NCBI RefSeq assembly: GCF_009914755.1
Contig: NC_060933.1
Source of the DNA: the human T2T-CHM13v2.0 reference genome, Homo sapiens
Length of the DNA: 64,000 nucleotides
Direction: 5' to 3' (one strand)
This document shows, one piece after another, positions 1-13,760 of this stretch. How positions within the stretch are numbered: the stretch's first letter is position 1; each line of letters begins with the position of its first letter. Below the pieces are notes generated by a model, which saw only the letters and a list, made by a program, of their open reading frames with translations, searched no databases and was not told where the DNA came from. Position numbers and translations under genes: made by a program.

Positions 1-864
1 ATGTCCATAAGATTACACTGACTTTACACATCATATTGCAGTTTTTGCTAGCTCTTCTGTAGTAAGAAAATGGAATTCATCAGCAATGCCTTCTAAGTCT
101 GGCTCTGTTTTCCCATGCAGACTTTTCCCTGAGCTCTGCTTGTCAGTCTTGCTAGAACCTCACCCTAGGCAGCAACCTCCAGTCTGAGATTGCCCTTGAC
201 AGTGGCTGAGGTTTGCATTGTTGGAATGGATTAGAAAAAACAAAGGGAAGACAGACCAAAACAGATTTAAATACAGATCCCATTTGTTGAAGTTTTAAGT
301 AATTTTAAATGTTTATTTGCACCAGCTGCCCACTCCCATTGTACTCTCCTCACCCAAAAAGGTGACTTGATATTCTAGTAAAAAGCCAAACTGTGCTTTA
401 GAGAAACCCACTTGTTACTTCTTTAAATCCATATTATTTTGCCAAAGTGAATTTTTCTTAATATGCTCTGGCAGAATCAGTAAACTAATTATTTACACCA
501 GAGTCACTTAACCTTTCCTCTTGGTCATTTGCATGTAAATTATTTTTATATGTATAAAATTTGCTTACTCAAGAAAGCTCTTGCTATATATATATTTTTT
601 TTCTTTTTGTGGTATCTTAACATACTCTAGTCTTGTCTTGAATTCCTTAAGACTTTGAGGTAAAGAACTCTATTGTAACAAGTTTCCAAATCAAAGTGGG
701 AAAGAGGAAGATTAGGTTAAGCATTAGGTCATCAGGTATGTAGGACAGCTAATTCCATTATCAGAATGGTAGTGATAGCCAGTTTGCATTTTGTATATTA
801 GTTGTAACGAAAATATTCAGCATATTAGTGACAAAACCAAAGTTATTGTGAATCAGTTTATAAT

Positions 865-1149
865 TTATTTTTTGAGATAGGATCTTACTCTGTCACCCAA
901 GCTCAAGTGCAGAGGCATGATCTTGGCTCACTGAAGCCTCAACCACCTGGGCTCAAGAGATCCTCCCAGCCCAGCCTCCTTAGTATAGGTGAGTGCCACC
1001 ACACCCAGCTATTTTTTCTCTAGTTTTTGTAGAGATTGGGTCTCACTTTGTTGCCAAGGCTGTTCTCAAACTCCTGGGCTCAAGCAATCCTTCTGCCTCA
1101 ACCTCCCAAGTGGTGCTGGGATTACAGGTTTGAGCCACCACACCTGGCC
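865..1149 (-). mobile_element. Alu (AluJ-like), antisense
   Basis: T-rich tail, then reverse Alu body ending CACCTGGCC; flanked by TSD AGTTTATAAT (855-864 / 1150-1159). Confidence 0.9.
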
Positions 1150-1734
1150 AGTTTATAATGTTAATGGCTTTTGGAGCAGGAACCAGTGGGTGCTGCTTCT
1201 TGTCTGCAAGATGAGGAGTCTCCTCTCCCCAGAAGTGAGGCATCTTCTACCACAAGGGAGGCTTTGCCCAAACAGTCACCGAAAGGCTGAGATTGGGGAG
1301 AGAACAAAACAGGAGTGAATATGTTCCTGGAACCTAACTGCTCCCCAATTCAATTCTACTGCAGGCATTCAGAATGAAGGGGACATTCAGCTGAAGAACA
1401 GGAGTGCACTGGCTGTTAAAATCTCAGATTGTAAAAACAATTTTGCTTCATTTTCCCTAAATAATTTTTAAACAATTGTTCTTAGGTGATTTTCTAAACT
1501 TCGGGTAATATCTGTGACTTAGTAAATGTTCTTTAAAAGGTGGGATAATATTTTTATTTTGTTTAATTATATGTGTTTTTAAACTAATTTTATAGGAAAA
1601 ATAATTTCTTTCCTTCCCTGTTATACCAAATACAGCCTTTAGCTCAAGACACAAGTAATTCCAGGAAAACTGGAATGTAAGTTCAATATGTTGCACTAAG
1701 TACATTTGAAAGTGCATGCATTTTTATTTTAATT

Positions 1735-1968
1735 CATCATTCTCAGTCAACTATCGCAAGGACAAAAAACCAAACACCGCATGTTCTCACTTATAGGTGG
1801 GAATTGAACAATGAGAACACATGAACACAGGAAGGGGAACATCACACTCTGGGGGCTGTTGTGGGGTGGGGAGAGCGGGGAGGGATAGCATTAGGAGATA
1901 TGCCTAAGGCTAAATGTCGAGTTAATGGGTGCAGCACACCAGCATGGCACAAGTATACATATGTAATG
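1735..1968 (+). mobile_element. L1PA 3' end fragment (ORF2 end and 3'UTR), no poly(A)
   Basis: CATTCTCAG..CAAGGACAAAAAACCAAACACCGCATGTTCTCAC..GGTGGGAATTGAACAATGAG and G-rich 3'UTR tract. Confidence 0.9.
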
Positions 1969-3936
1969 TATACATATGTTAATGCACCAATTCTGCATCA
2001 AGTCAGTGCAATCAGAGACACTGCAAGAATGACTTTTGGTTTTCTTTTCCTAGTTTTTGAAAGTTTCTCAAGTCTGTCATACTGGACTCTGTATTACATC
2101 TTGAATTTTTTTCACTCACTATAGATCTCCTATACGCTCAATTGTTTAGCTATTACCTTAACATTTACCCTGTGAACCCATGACATTTGAGGCTGCCAAA
2201 GTGATTATTACATGATAAAACATATACTCGGTTAAAGGCAATATTTAACAATTGTAAAACCAATAAATCAATAATTAAATCTTTCTGGCTTAGACTTAAA
2301 ACTGCTTAATTTAGTCATATCTCTACCCACAACATAGGGATTCCAGCAAGGGTTGAAAGTAGAGTTGGCAAGCATTTCTATTCTCTTCTGGGACAATAAT
2401 TCTTACTACCAACACTGGTTCTGACCAGTGAAATTCAAAATCAGTGAAACACTACTCAGAGTCTGAGTGAGCCAAAAATAGTTTCACTTTAGGAAAAAGT
2501 CTATATCCTTAGATGTGAGTGATTCTCTGTGAACATTTTATTCACTTTAATATATTTAAAGAAAATCTTTCTGAATTGGTGTGTTTTCTTTAGTTTGTAT
2601 TCTGATACTTTGATGCTAAAAGCTTTTGATTTTAAGTTTTCATGGAGGGGCTATCTACACAATAATTTTTATACATCATTATATGCATCAGTGATTAAAA
2701 AGGAGTAGAAATTTTTACACTAATTGAGAAATATTATAGACCTAACTAAATGAGGGCAAACTATAAGCAATTTGGGGAAACTATAAGGATGTAATTAAAT
2801 AGTCACTGTTTTTAGAAACCATTAACTGTATATTGAAATCTTGACACTTGTTGGGAAAATGAGGTGGTAAATCAACTTGTCAGCGTGAGTACTAAATAAA
2901 ACAAAATATGGTTAAGAGTGTCCCTTTAAAGTTCAGATAGTAGTTCTGCAATTTCTGATTTTAAATGTTTCTGCAAAATAGTTTATCTGAATGATTAAAC
3001 TATTATTCCGTGTTCACCAACCATTAAGAAAATCTGCTGTATGACCAGGTTAAACCTGAAAATGGTATAATTCAAAACTTGATGTAGGCAATAGGTATGT
3101 AGAATGTGTTTATTCTAATATGAGAGGGCATATCAAAGTAATTTTCTTGGAGCACACTGTCAAAACAAAGCAATGGGATTTGGCCATGGACATTTCATTA
3201 TTATCAAAGAGACCTGGACACTACCTTAGAGTAATAACTTTATTATTTAGCAAAGATGTTTTATAAAAAGAACAACAAAATGAGAGGAATAGAAATCACA
3301 CAGGTAAAACAGATAATCTGACTTTGTGGGTCTCAGAGCAGAGATTAGTGTCTTTCAGTTTCAGAGTAAATGACCTCACTGCATTTCTCTGAACTGTCAT
3401 GGTTGTCACAAATATACTGTGTTTTAACTCACTCCATGATTTAAGGTCTACAAAGTAACAAAGGCAAAATAACCTATATGCTCTACCATATTTTCCTCAA
3501 TTCTAGTGTTCTTCAAAGAGAGAATGTTTTCTCTAAATCTAATTGAGAGTAATTCTGTATGGATCGCTAAACATTTCTTCAGGCAGTTGGAGTAATATGT
3601 GTCTAGGGCTAACTCAGAGGGGTCTTTTATGTCTTTTAAAAGAAGCTAACTATACTCTTGTGATATGATAATCACCATCATTGACTTACAGTTTCTAAGG
3701 TTTGAAGGGATATTGAACACTCAAGGGGCTCACATTCTTACTGATTCATGAATCTCTTCAGGTCCAGGGAACTTAGTATTTTTCAAGAGTGCAAAATGCC
3801 TAGAGACAGCTGGGAACAAATGAATGTCATTCCTGATACTGTGCTCATAGTTACTTGAGCTTCATCTCAGAAAACAAATTGTCTGGTGCAATATTTCTTA
3901 CAACTTAGTTCCTAAATGAACTCAACAAACTAGTTC

Positions 3937-6260
3937 TTTTGTTTTATTTTATTTATTACTATTATACTTTAAGTTTTAGGGTACATGTGCACAACGTGCA
4001 GGTTTGTTACATATGTATACATGTGCCATGTTGGTGTGCTGCACCCATTAACTCGTCATTTACCATTAGGTATATCTCCTAATGCTATCCCTCCCCACTC
4101 CCCCCACCCCACAACCGTCCCTGGTGTGTGATGTTCCCCTTCCTGTGTCCATGTGTTATTGTTCAATTCCCACCTATGAGTGAGAACATGCAGTGTTTGT
4201 TTGTTTGTCCTTGTGATAGTTTGCTAAGAATGATGGTTTCCAGCTTCATCCATGTCCCTACAAAGGACATGAACTCATCATTTTTTATGGCTGCATAGTA
4301 TTCCATGGTGTATATGTGCCATATTTTCTTAATCCACTCTATCATTGTTGGACATTTGGGTTGGTTCCAAGTCTTTGCTATTGTGAATAGTGCCACAATA
4401 AACATACGTGTGTATGTGTCTTTATAGCAGCATGATTTATAATCCTTTGGGTATATACCCAGTAATGGGATGGCTGGGTCAAATGGTATTTCTAGTTCTA
4501 GATCCCTGAGGAATTGCCACACTGACTTCCACAATGGTTGAGCTAGTTTACAGTCCCACCAACAGTGTAAAAGTGTTCCTATTCCTCCACATCCTCTCCA
4601 GCACCTGTTGTTTCCTGACTTTTTAGTGATTGTCATTCTAACTGGTGTGAGATGGTATCTCATTGTGGTTTTGATTTGCATTTCTCTGATGGCCAGTGAT
4701 GATGAGCATTTTTTCATGGGTTTTTTGGCTGCATAAATGTCTTCTTTTGAGAAGTGTCTGTTCATATCCTTCACCCACTTTTTGATGGGGTTGTTTGTTT
4801 TTTTCTTGTCAATTTGTTTGAGTTCTTTGTAGATTCTGGATATTAGCCCTTTGTCAGATGAGTAGGTTGTGAAAATTTTCTCCCATTCTATAGGTTGCCT
4901 GTTCATTCTGATGGTAGTTTCTTTTGCTGTTCAGAAGCTCTTTAGTTTAATTAGATCCCATTTCTCAATTTTGGCTTTTGTTGCCATTGCTTTTGGTGTT
5001 TTAGACACGAAGTCCTTGCCCATGCCTATGTCCTGAATGGTATTGCCTAGGTTTTCTTCTAGGGTTTTTATGGTTTTAGGTCTAACATGTAAGTCTTTAA
5101 TCCATCTTGAATTAATTTCTGTATAAGGTGTAAGGAAGGGATCCAGTTTCAGCTTTCTACATATGGCTAGCCAGTTTTCCCAGCACCATTTATTAAATAG
5201 GGAATCCTTTCCCCATTGCTTGTTTTTGTCAGCTTTGTCAAAGATCAGATGGTTGTAGATATGCGGCATTTTTTCTGAGGGCTCTCTTCTGTTCCATTGA
5301 TCTATATGTCTGTTTTGGTACCAGTACCATGCTGTTTTGGTTACTGTAGCCTTGTAGTATAGTTTGAAGTCAGGTAGCGTGATGCCTCCAGCTTTGTTCT
5401 TTTGGCTTAGGATTGACTTGGTGATGCAGGCTCTTTTTTGGTTCCATATGAACTTTAAAGTGGTTTTTTCCATTTCTGTGAGGAAAGTCATTGGTATCTT
5501 GATGGGGATGGCATTGAATCTATAAATTACCTTGGGCAGTATGGCCATTTTCACGATATTGATTCTTCCTACCCATGAGCATGGAATGTTCTTCCATTTG
5601 TTTGTATACTCTTTTATTTCATTGAGCAGTGGTTTGTAGTTCTCCTTGAAGAGGTCCTTCACCTCCCTTGTATGTTGGATTCCTATGTATTTTATTCTCT
5701 TTGAAGCAATTTTGAATGGGAGTTCACTCCTGATTTGGCTCTCTGTTTGTCTGTTATTGGTGTATAAGAATGCTTGTGATTTTTGTAAGTTGATTTTGTA
5801 TCCTGAGACTTTGCTGAAGTTGCTTATCAGCTTAAGGAGATTTTGGGCTGAGACAATGGGGTTTTCTAGATATACAATCATGTCATCTGCAAACAGGGAC
5901 AATTTGACTTCCTCTTTTCCTAATTGAATACCCTTTATTCCCTTCTCCTGCCTGATTGCCCTGGCCAGAACTTCCAATGCTATGTTGAATATGAGTGGTG
6001 AGAGAGGGCATCCCAGTCTTGTGCCAGTTTTCACAGGGAATGCTTCCAGTTTTTGTCCATTCAGTATGATATTTGCTGTGGGTTTGTCATAGATACCTCT
6101 TATTATTATGAGATATGTCCCATCAATACCTAATTTATTGAGAGTTTTTAGCATGAAGTGTTGTTGAATTTTGTCAAAGGCCTTTTCTGCATCTATTGAG
6201 ATAATCATGTGGTTTTTGTCTTTGGATCTGTTTATGTGCTGGATTATGTTTATTGATTTT
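3937..6260 (-). mobile_element. 5'-truncated L1PA (3' 2.3 kb: RT core, C-terminal domain, 3'UTR, A-tail)
   Basis: ORFs 4931-6358 and 4163-4906 translate to L1 ORF2p ([27 protein letters not shown]); same frame, split by one stop at 4931-4933; T-rich tail at ~3937-3960. Confidence 0.97.
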
Positions 6261-7339
6261 ATGCAAGAATAATCTAAATTTCTCTGGTGAAAAAACCTAA
6301 ACATGCCTTTTAAAAATTTATATATCATTCCTTTTGTAAAATCTAATGAAAATAACAATTTTGTCTATTGTAAAAGGCAAGTGATTGCAACAGATGGAAA
6401 TCACTTTATTTCCTATATCTTTGTAAAGATAATGACTGCTAATAAACAACATGAAGAATTTTCAGGTATAATTTTGATAAAAATTTAATGGTTTTGGGCT
6501 TCTAGGCCAAATCTGCAATACAACCCTTCATAAGATTGTACTTTGAAACTCTCGTTGTCATCTGACATATGCAGATAGTACAGAAATATAATCCCCTTTC
6601 TAAATGTTTACATTGTCTCCCTGGTATGAATTAGCTTGCTGGAAACATCAGTAATCACTGACATAAAGATCCCACTATTAAATAAAACTGATACTTTTTA
6701 AAACCATGCAGCAAATAAGCAACATTTCATAAAGCAACACAGGATTTTATATGTTTCCTACTCCATTAGAGGCTATTATGCTGAATTGGATCCTCATTCC
6801 AACCTGTGTCCATATTTTAGGGTTGAAATAGTCTAAAACATAACATTTACTGTTCTCCTGTTGTGATATCTGTATAGCTAATATGTTCACATTCTCTGTA
6901 TTCATCTATGTTAATAATTTTAAAAAGGAAAAGAAAGGGGGCTTTAGGAAGAACTTTACATCACACGTCAGAGTAAACATCAAATCAAGTTCTCAATTTA
7001 CTAATAAACCCATTTAAGAAAAAGTATTCCGCTAGAGAGCAATGAATCTTATTGTCTTTGTGTCTGATCCATATTTCTCCACCTGATACATGGAAATAAC
7101 CAGAGAGTTACTATAAAATACCTCAGGTGCATTGTTGAAAGTAATTTCCTGCTTTTGTGGGATAACTGAAACATAAACGTAAATAAGATAGTTTGAAAGT
7201 TCACTTTCTCATCAATGCTCAAATAATTTGTTCTAATAAAGCCCAGTAAAATTTAGCTTGTAATGCCATCAAGGTAAATATATTCATGAAGTACTCACTT
7301 GCTAAATTTTTAAACACAACACATTATCTCATCTTTAAT

Positions 7340-7750
7340 CTTTAGTTGTTATTTCAATTATCCATTGCTGTGTAATTAGCAGTCATCAAATTTAGTTGCT
7401 TAAAACACAAACTCACAATTTGTTAACTTTGGTTGGGCTCAGGAGGATAATAGTCGGAGTCTTGCCTAGGTTTCCTTATATGACTGACAAGGCCTACATA
7501 GTCCAAAGTGACATCACTCAAATATCTGGCACTTCACTGGTGCTATCAGCTGGGTTCTCCTCCACTTAGTCTCTCTGGTAGAGTAGATCAGGTTCTCATT
7601 TGGCATTGCTGCCATTTTAATTTGGCAAGCCTAAATTTACTATCATTTGTCAAGTGTCTATTAAGTCAGTGTCAGAGAGGGCTATATAAGGATATGGCTA
7701 TGAGGAGGCTTAATAAATCGAGGGTTCTTTGATATAACAGGCTACCCAGT
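7340..7750. mobile_element. Degenerate MaLR (MLT1-type) LTR fragment
   Basis: CCATTGCTGTGTAA..AAATTTAGTTGCTTAAAACAC..CTCACAATT resembles an MLT1 terminus; highly diverged. Confidence 0.45.
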
Positions 7751-8085
7751 TACATTTCTTGTTCTAAAGATTTTTTCAGATACAACAAACAATATTTTAC
7801 AATTTAACTTGTAGATGAATGAGTTTCCTGAGATATAATTTAACTAAGCAAACTCTTTCATACTAAAAATCTTATGACCTCTTTACCCATCTTAGGTTTT
7901 AAGATTGATATGAGAGGTATTCTGGAATAGAAATCTAAATTTAAGGCTAGAGTCAAGAGTGCCGAAGATAAGACTCTTATCCAAAGGAAAATCAAGCAAC
8001 TGCTATGTCTTGCAAAGGCCAGTGAGCAGACAGAGGGGAGAGAATACAATTGCACCAAATAAAGACTCACTTTGGAACTCAGTGA

Positions 8086-8266
8086 TTATATGTGTGCATA
8101 TATGTGTATATATATGTATATTATACATGTGTATGCATGTATATATGTATATTATACACATATATGCATGTATATATATGAATATATATAAAACTGAAAA
8201 CTGCACACATCCCATATACACCATATACATGAAAGTGAACACACACACATACATAAACATATATAT
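8086..8266. repeat. (TA/TG/CA)n low-complexity repeat
   Basis: Alternating purine-pyrimidine run TATATGTGTGCATATATG..ACACACACATAC. Confidence 0.9.
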
Positions 8267-11200
8267 TCAGTTTCAAACAATTGTTAGGGAACCTGAGGAA
8301 GAAACTAAATGGAATATAATGGTTGCATCTATGATAGCCATGGTACTAGAACTAGTAGTAGTTCTACTAAGGTGAGAATTGACATAGTAAAAGAAATAAG
8401 ATACAAAGCAGTAAGAGAGAGCTACATTTTCCTTAAGGCCAGGCTGAATATTCACTAACAAGGAAATTTCTACAGTCATTATTTTAATCTGATTCATTCT
8501 CTTGGTGGGATATTCCAGAGTTACCACCTACAGAAATTCCACTTTTCCTTACTGAGGTTCTCTTTTTTTCTTTTCAGTCCAAATATTAGTCATTTTGGTA
8601 GAGAAGGCAGAAACAATTAACAATTGAGTAATTCCTCAGGAATCATGTTAAAAGGTTTCCAAATCATGAATGTATAGTTATATTTTGTTCACTAGATTTT
8701 AACCCACATACCTCACTTGTATAGAAATTATGCTTATTTGGATATTCAATATATTTCTTCATACAAAGACAAAATCTATAAAATGTACACACACACAGAT
8801 GCTATGGATACATGCACACATGTGCACACACAAATATGTATACATGGTTTACCATTATTTTCTAGATCATTCAGAGGTCAGTATTAATTAAAACATCATA
8901 GATCTATGGCAAATTTTGGGCCACTTTTCCTAAGACAGGAATTTAAAAAGCCTTCAATTGTCATAACAATGGGAAGAAGTCTGAGAGCTGGAGTAAGGGA
9001 AGTTGGTGCTCAGAAATATTAACTACCATTTATATATGATATCCTTATGAGATAATCTTAAAGCCAAATGAGGCTAAAATATTAATACGAGCTATTTAGC
9101 CAAGTTTTCCAGCAGGAAGAAGGAAATAAGCAGTGAACTAAAAAGCATACAAGATACAGAGGAGCAGGTTAAATGAAGCCATTACAGCAGAAATTGAGAA
9201 GAATAAACAGGAGTTAGAAGATGAGAGCAAGCAATTGCAAGTGGAGTGGGCTGAGCTGGAATTATGGTGTAGAAAATGACTGGTTGAGAAAAACCCAAAC
9301 AAATATTTCTATAATGTCATGTGCATAAGATACCTGTAGATGTTATCAAGGTATATACATAAACTACCTGTCATTAGAGCTAATTTCTTAGCAAATTATT
9401 CATAAAAGTTTATAACTTTGTGAGGCATTACAGACACCAAAACTAATGATTTGGCATTTCCGTGGCCCAATTTGTCTAAAGAACTATCTTTTACACTTTA
9501 CTGTTTTTTAATAGGCAATACAGTGCTCAAAAAGTCTTTTATACCAAGTCCAGTAGGTTGATAACATTGAGTATAACTGAGTATTGCTTTGTGTCTACCC
9601 TCAGGCAAATCTGGAGATTTTCTCAAGCCTCTTTATGAAAATGGAGAGACCTCACAAGAGATGCTAATGGACAGCTGACCCTGCTCCCTGCTCCATCACA
9701 GGTTGTAGAGTATTAATTCCCAAGTTACCCAGACATTTAGTTCTGAATGTGCAAAAATGGTTTAGGTTCAAATGTTTTCAACTACTGACAAGCTCAAGAA
9801 TTCAGAGGAGGTAGTACTAAGGGAAATGTAATTAATATATAATATCAAAACTTAAGCATAGCACCATAACACCTAATTTTTGATGATGTCAAATACTTAA
9901 AGTTCTCCCTTTTTATTTTCTGGTGAAAGGTGCGTAGTATACAAACCTCTACTAACTTCTTGGGCTTCTGAATAAAGGAAAGGACTACCTAATGACAGTA
10001 ATAGCTTGACTGCTGAAGAATTATGTCAATTAATAAAAATTGCTTCATAGGAAAAAGATGAATTGTCTCTTCAAAGTTTTTTTAAGCATGGGTGACCAAA
10101 GCCATCCCATACTTAGAAGAAAATATTGCATTGTTTTATACAAGATATGCTGTACACGTTACAGAAGATTCATGTTTAATAATGCATCTTGTAAAAATTT
10201 TAGAGAGCTATAACCTTACAACATAACTTAACCCAAATACATTGAAAACCCCTTGGATTTAGACCTACAGGGAGGTGGTTTTTCTTTCTGTACCATAGCA
10301 CGCATAGTTGAAGCAAACATACTCCTTCAAACATAATACTCTTACATAATAGAAAGTGTTCTCTGTTTTCTGGATGAAAAGGCATGAGGTCTTTTGTATT
10401 AGCAAACTGAAATTGTTAACTATAAAAAGTCAAAAATCAAAGGTGCTCTCACTTATTTATAAGGACCTTGAATGGCTCAGATTCATCAGGAAAAAAAAAC
10501 ATTCCTCAGAGAGTCTGATCTCAAGCTGATGTTTCTTTATTGAATTTGATTCTAAACCATCATTTTTGTTGAATCCTCTGTGCTTTCAGAATGCTGAAAT
10601 GTAAAATATTTTTAACTTATGAAAGAGATAATTTATTTTTATTTTCTCCTATACATTTTTAAGTAGCACCTTAAAAAATAGACAAATCCATCCAGGGTCA
10701 AAAGAACTCAACTCAATTCTCTATCACTGTGAAAATAGACTTAGTTCTTCATTACAAAAGCACTACAATAACTACAAAAATTATACCTCCTGGAGTATAT
10801 ATTTACATATCCATGCAAAAGGGGAATAGATTAAAAGATGTTTATGAATGTCTAAAGCCTTAAGTCAGTTTAACGTAGTATTATAAATCAGGTTTGTGGG
10901 TGATATTTTGTCTGCTTCTAGACTTGTGAGCAAGTTATTAAGTTTTAGGTTACTTATATTTAAAATTCAAAAAGGAAATGATTGTGATTGCATTCAAAGA
11001 AAGAGAGGACATTTTGAAGCTTCTTTTTTTTACTAATATCAAAACCTAATATCACATTTGTAAAACACGTTGATGGCTTACAACCAAGTAAAATACCTCA
11101 ATACCCCACTTTTGAAGATCAGTAATATTGGCCTAAGAGTATCACTCTATAGGAATTATAAAAAGTTGTATTTATGCCCTGAGATTATACCCTATAATGT

Positions 11201-11569
11201 GCAAATATTATAGGATAGACAAGTGGATATAAGGTTTCTTTCTAGGTTTCCTTATATACTCCAAATGGTAAAACTAGATGGAAGATTAAAATTCTAAATG
11301 TTGTTAATTTTAGAACCTTCAATGTCAGAGTTACTTTGTATGAATGAGTTTAGCTAATTTTCCACACTATGCATATCTAATAGATATTACTATTGCACAG
11401 GTGAGAAAACTGCATCTCTGATTATTATTATTCACTCTAGTCACAGAGATAAGAAAGGGCAAAATATCATAATAGAAGCCCAAATAGGTCTTATTTTAAT
11501 GGAATATTTTTCCACTGGACTTCAACTGGTTTATCTTATTTATCCATCCATCTAAGATCAGTTGAAAAA

Positions 11570-12470
11570 AGAGACTTGCAGATGCAATATTTTAGCTAAT
11601 ATATCCAATCTCCTATTTGAAATCTCCTGCGTATCTAACAGAAAACTCAAATTTAGTATGTCTGAAATCAAGCTGACTGCTGCACGTGTTCGCACTGAAA
11701 CGAAGCAAAACAAAATTCCTTCAACAGCTTTTCTCATCCCAATAAATGGTACTACACTGTGCCTGTATGACTCATGCCCAAAACCTAGAGGTCGACCTAG
11801 TTTCTTTTTTTCCCCATGACTCTCCATTTCCAAGATTTCCATTTCTTCCGTGAACACTTCTCAAAGCCACACCCATCTCTCTGTCAGAATACCACAATGC
11901 ATTGCAAATCTGCCTCCCCTCTTGTCATCTCCTCCCTAAATGCTCTATTTTCACAGTAGTCAGAGTGGCTTTTTTTTTTTTAAAGCACACAAGATCTTGA
12001 CTCTTCATTCCCTACTTTCTGCTTTAAGTCCTTGTTTGGCTTTCCTCTGCTAATATAAAGAAAAATTTCCAACTTCTTTTTAATGACCATAGATCCTGAC
12101 TTGATGTTTTCTACCTACCTCTCCAACCACATGTCATACACTTCCCTTCTTTTCTTATCACACCCAAAACATTCTTAATTATTTCCACAGTCTTTGTATA
12201 TGCCAACCCTTTTTCTGCCTCTAGAATTTTGTGCTTGTTTCTCTTTCTTTCTAAAATAAGCTTTCTGTGGCTTTTTGTAAAATTAGATCATTGTTCTTTG
12301 AAATCTCGGCTAAGAAGTTTTCTGAAATACCTTAATTAAAGTTCCTTCCCTGGTTATTAGCAGTCTCCTCACTTCGTTTATTTTTATTGTAATCTTTAAT
12401 GATTGCTTTCTATTTGTTTGACTTCTTGATCAACTCAAATTTGTATCCTCAGCTCTTATCAAAATACTAG
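11570..12470. mobile_element. L2 fragments
   Basis: ATATCCAATCTCCTATTTGAAATCTCC..CTCAAATTTAGTATGTC and CACAGTAGTCAGAGTG are typical of the L2 3' region. Confidence 0.6.
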
Positions 12471-13280
12471 GTAACTACACACCTATTGAAACAACTAAAC
12501 ATAAAAATAGTGACAACAAAAGCTGGCAATGATGAAGAAACTGTATCATTCATACATTATTTGAATTGTAAAATGTTATAATACTCTGGAAATAATTTAT
12601 CAGTTTCTTTAAAAACTAAACATATATTTATAATAAGATCCAGCAATTGCACCCCTGGAAATTTATCTAAGAGAAATGTAAACCTATATGCGATCTTTAA
12701 TATCTTTCATAGCACCTTTAATTCTAACAGAGAAAAACTGGAAACATCCAAGATGTTGGACAGGTGACTGGTTGAATAAACTGTGGTATATCCATATGAT
12801 TAAATACTACCCAGAAATAAAAAAGAATATACTTTCGACACATGCAATAACTTGCATAGATCTGAAGGGCATTATGCTTAGTGAAAAAAAGCAAATATCA
12901 AAAGGACACATGGCATATTATTTCATGTATATAACTTTAATAAAATAACATACATATAGAAAACAGATTAGTGATTTCCAGAGGTTAGTGATGGTATGGG
13001 AGTGTGAGATGAATATGGCTATAAAATGTGAGGAAGACACTTTTAGTGATGGAAGAGTTCTGTAACTTAATTGTAATAATGGTCACATTAATCAACACGT
13101 GATAAAATTGGCATAGACCTATGAATTCACATTGTATAAATGTCAATGCCTGGTCCTGATATTGTACTAAATTATACAAGATGTAACTCTTGAAATAAAC
13201 TGTGTAGAATAGTACACGAGACCTCTCTGTATTTGAAACTCCCTATGGATCTAAGATCTTTTCAAAATAAAAAGCTAAAA
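12470..13280 (+). mobile_element. Old L1M (L1MC/MD-type) 3' fragment
   Basis: ORF 12688-12948 resembles degenerate ORF2 C-terminus (NWKHPRC..WLNKLWYIHM); L1M 3'UTR ending AAAATAAAAAG. Confidence 0.8.
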
Positions 13281-13544
13281 AATGCTAAGTGTTCAATAAA
13301 TAAAATAGTAACTGTATTTTATCCAATTCTTACCATATAAAAATGCTTCACATACATTAACTCATACAATTCAGTCTATAGCAGGATCATATTGATGCCA
13401 TTATTAGTCCTAATTTATGGCCTAGTAGCTTGTTCAAGGTCACATAGCTAATAGGAGGAAGGGTTATGATTTTAATCCAAGCAACCAGCTCCAGAGAATG
13501 TGCTACCAACTGACACATCACAGCGTTTCTCAAAAATAATTCTG

Positions 13545-13760
13545 GATGGAAGGAAAGAAGGGAGTTAAGGAAGGAGAGAGAGAAGGAAGGAAGGAAGGAA
13601 GGAAGGAAGGAAGGAAGGGAGGGAGGGAGGGAGGGAGGGAGGGAGGGAGGAAGGAAGGAAAGAAGGAAGGCTGGAAGGGAGGGAGGGAGGGAGGAAACAG
13701 GGAAAGAAGGAGGGAAGGAAGGAAGATACAATAAAGGAATGAAGGAAGGAAGGAAGAAAG
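13545..13760 (+). repeat. Polypurine (GGAA)8(GGGA)8 compound microsatellite
   Basis: 8 consecutive GGAA (13585-13616), then 8 GGGA (13617-13648), inside a ~215 bp nearly all-purine tract. Confidence 0.97.

Noticed and set aside
7959-8375. 138 aa ORF with hydrophobic stretch
   Set aside because: Translation of TA/TG low-complexity repeat
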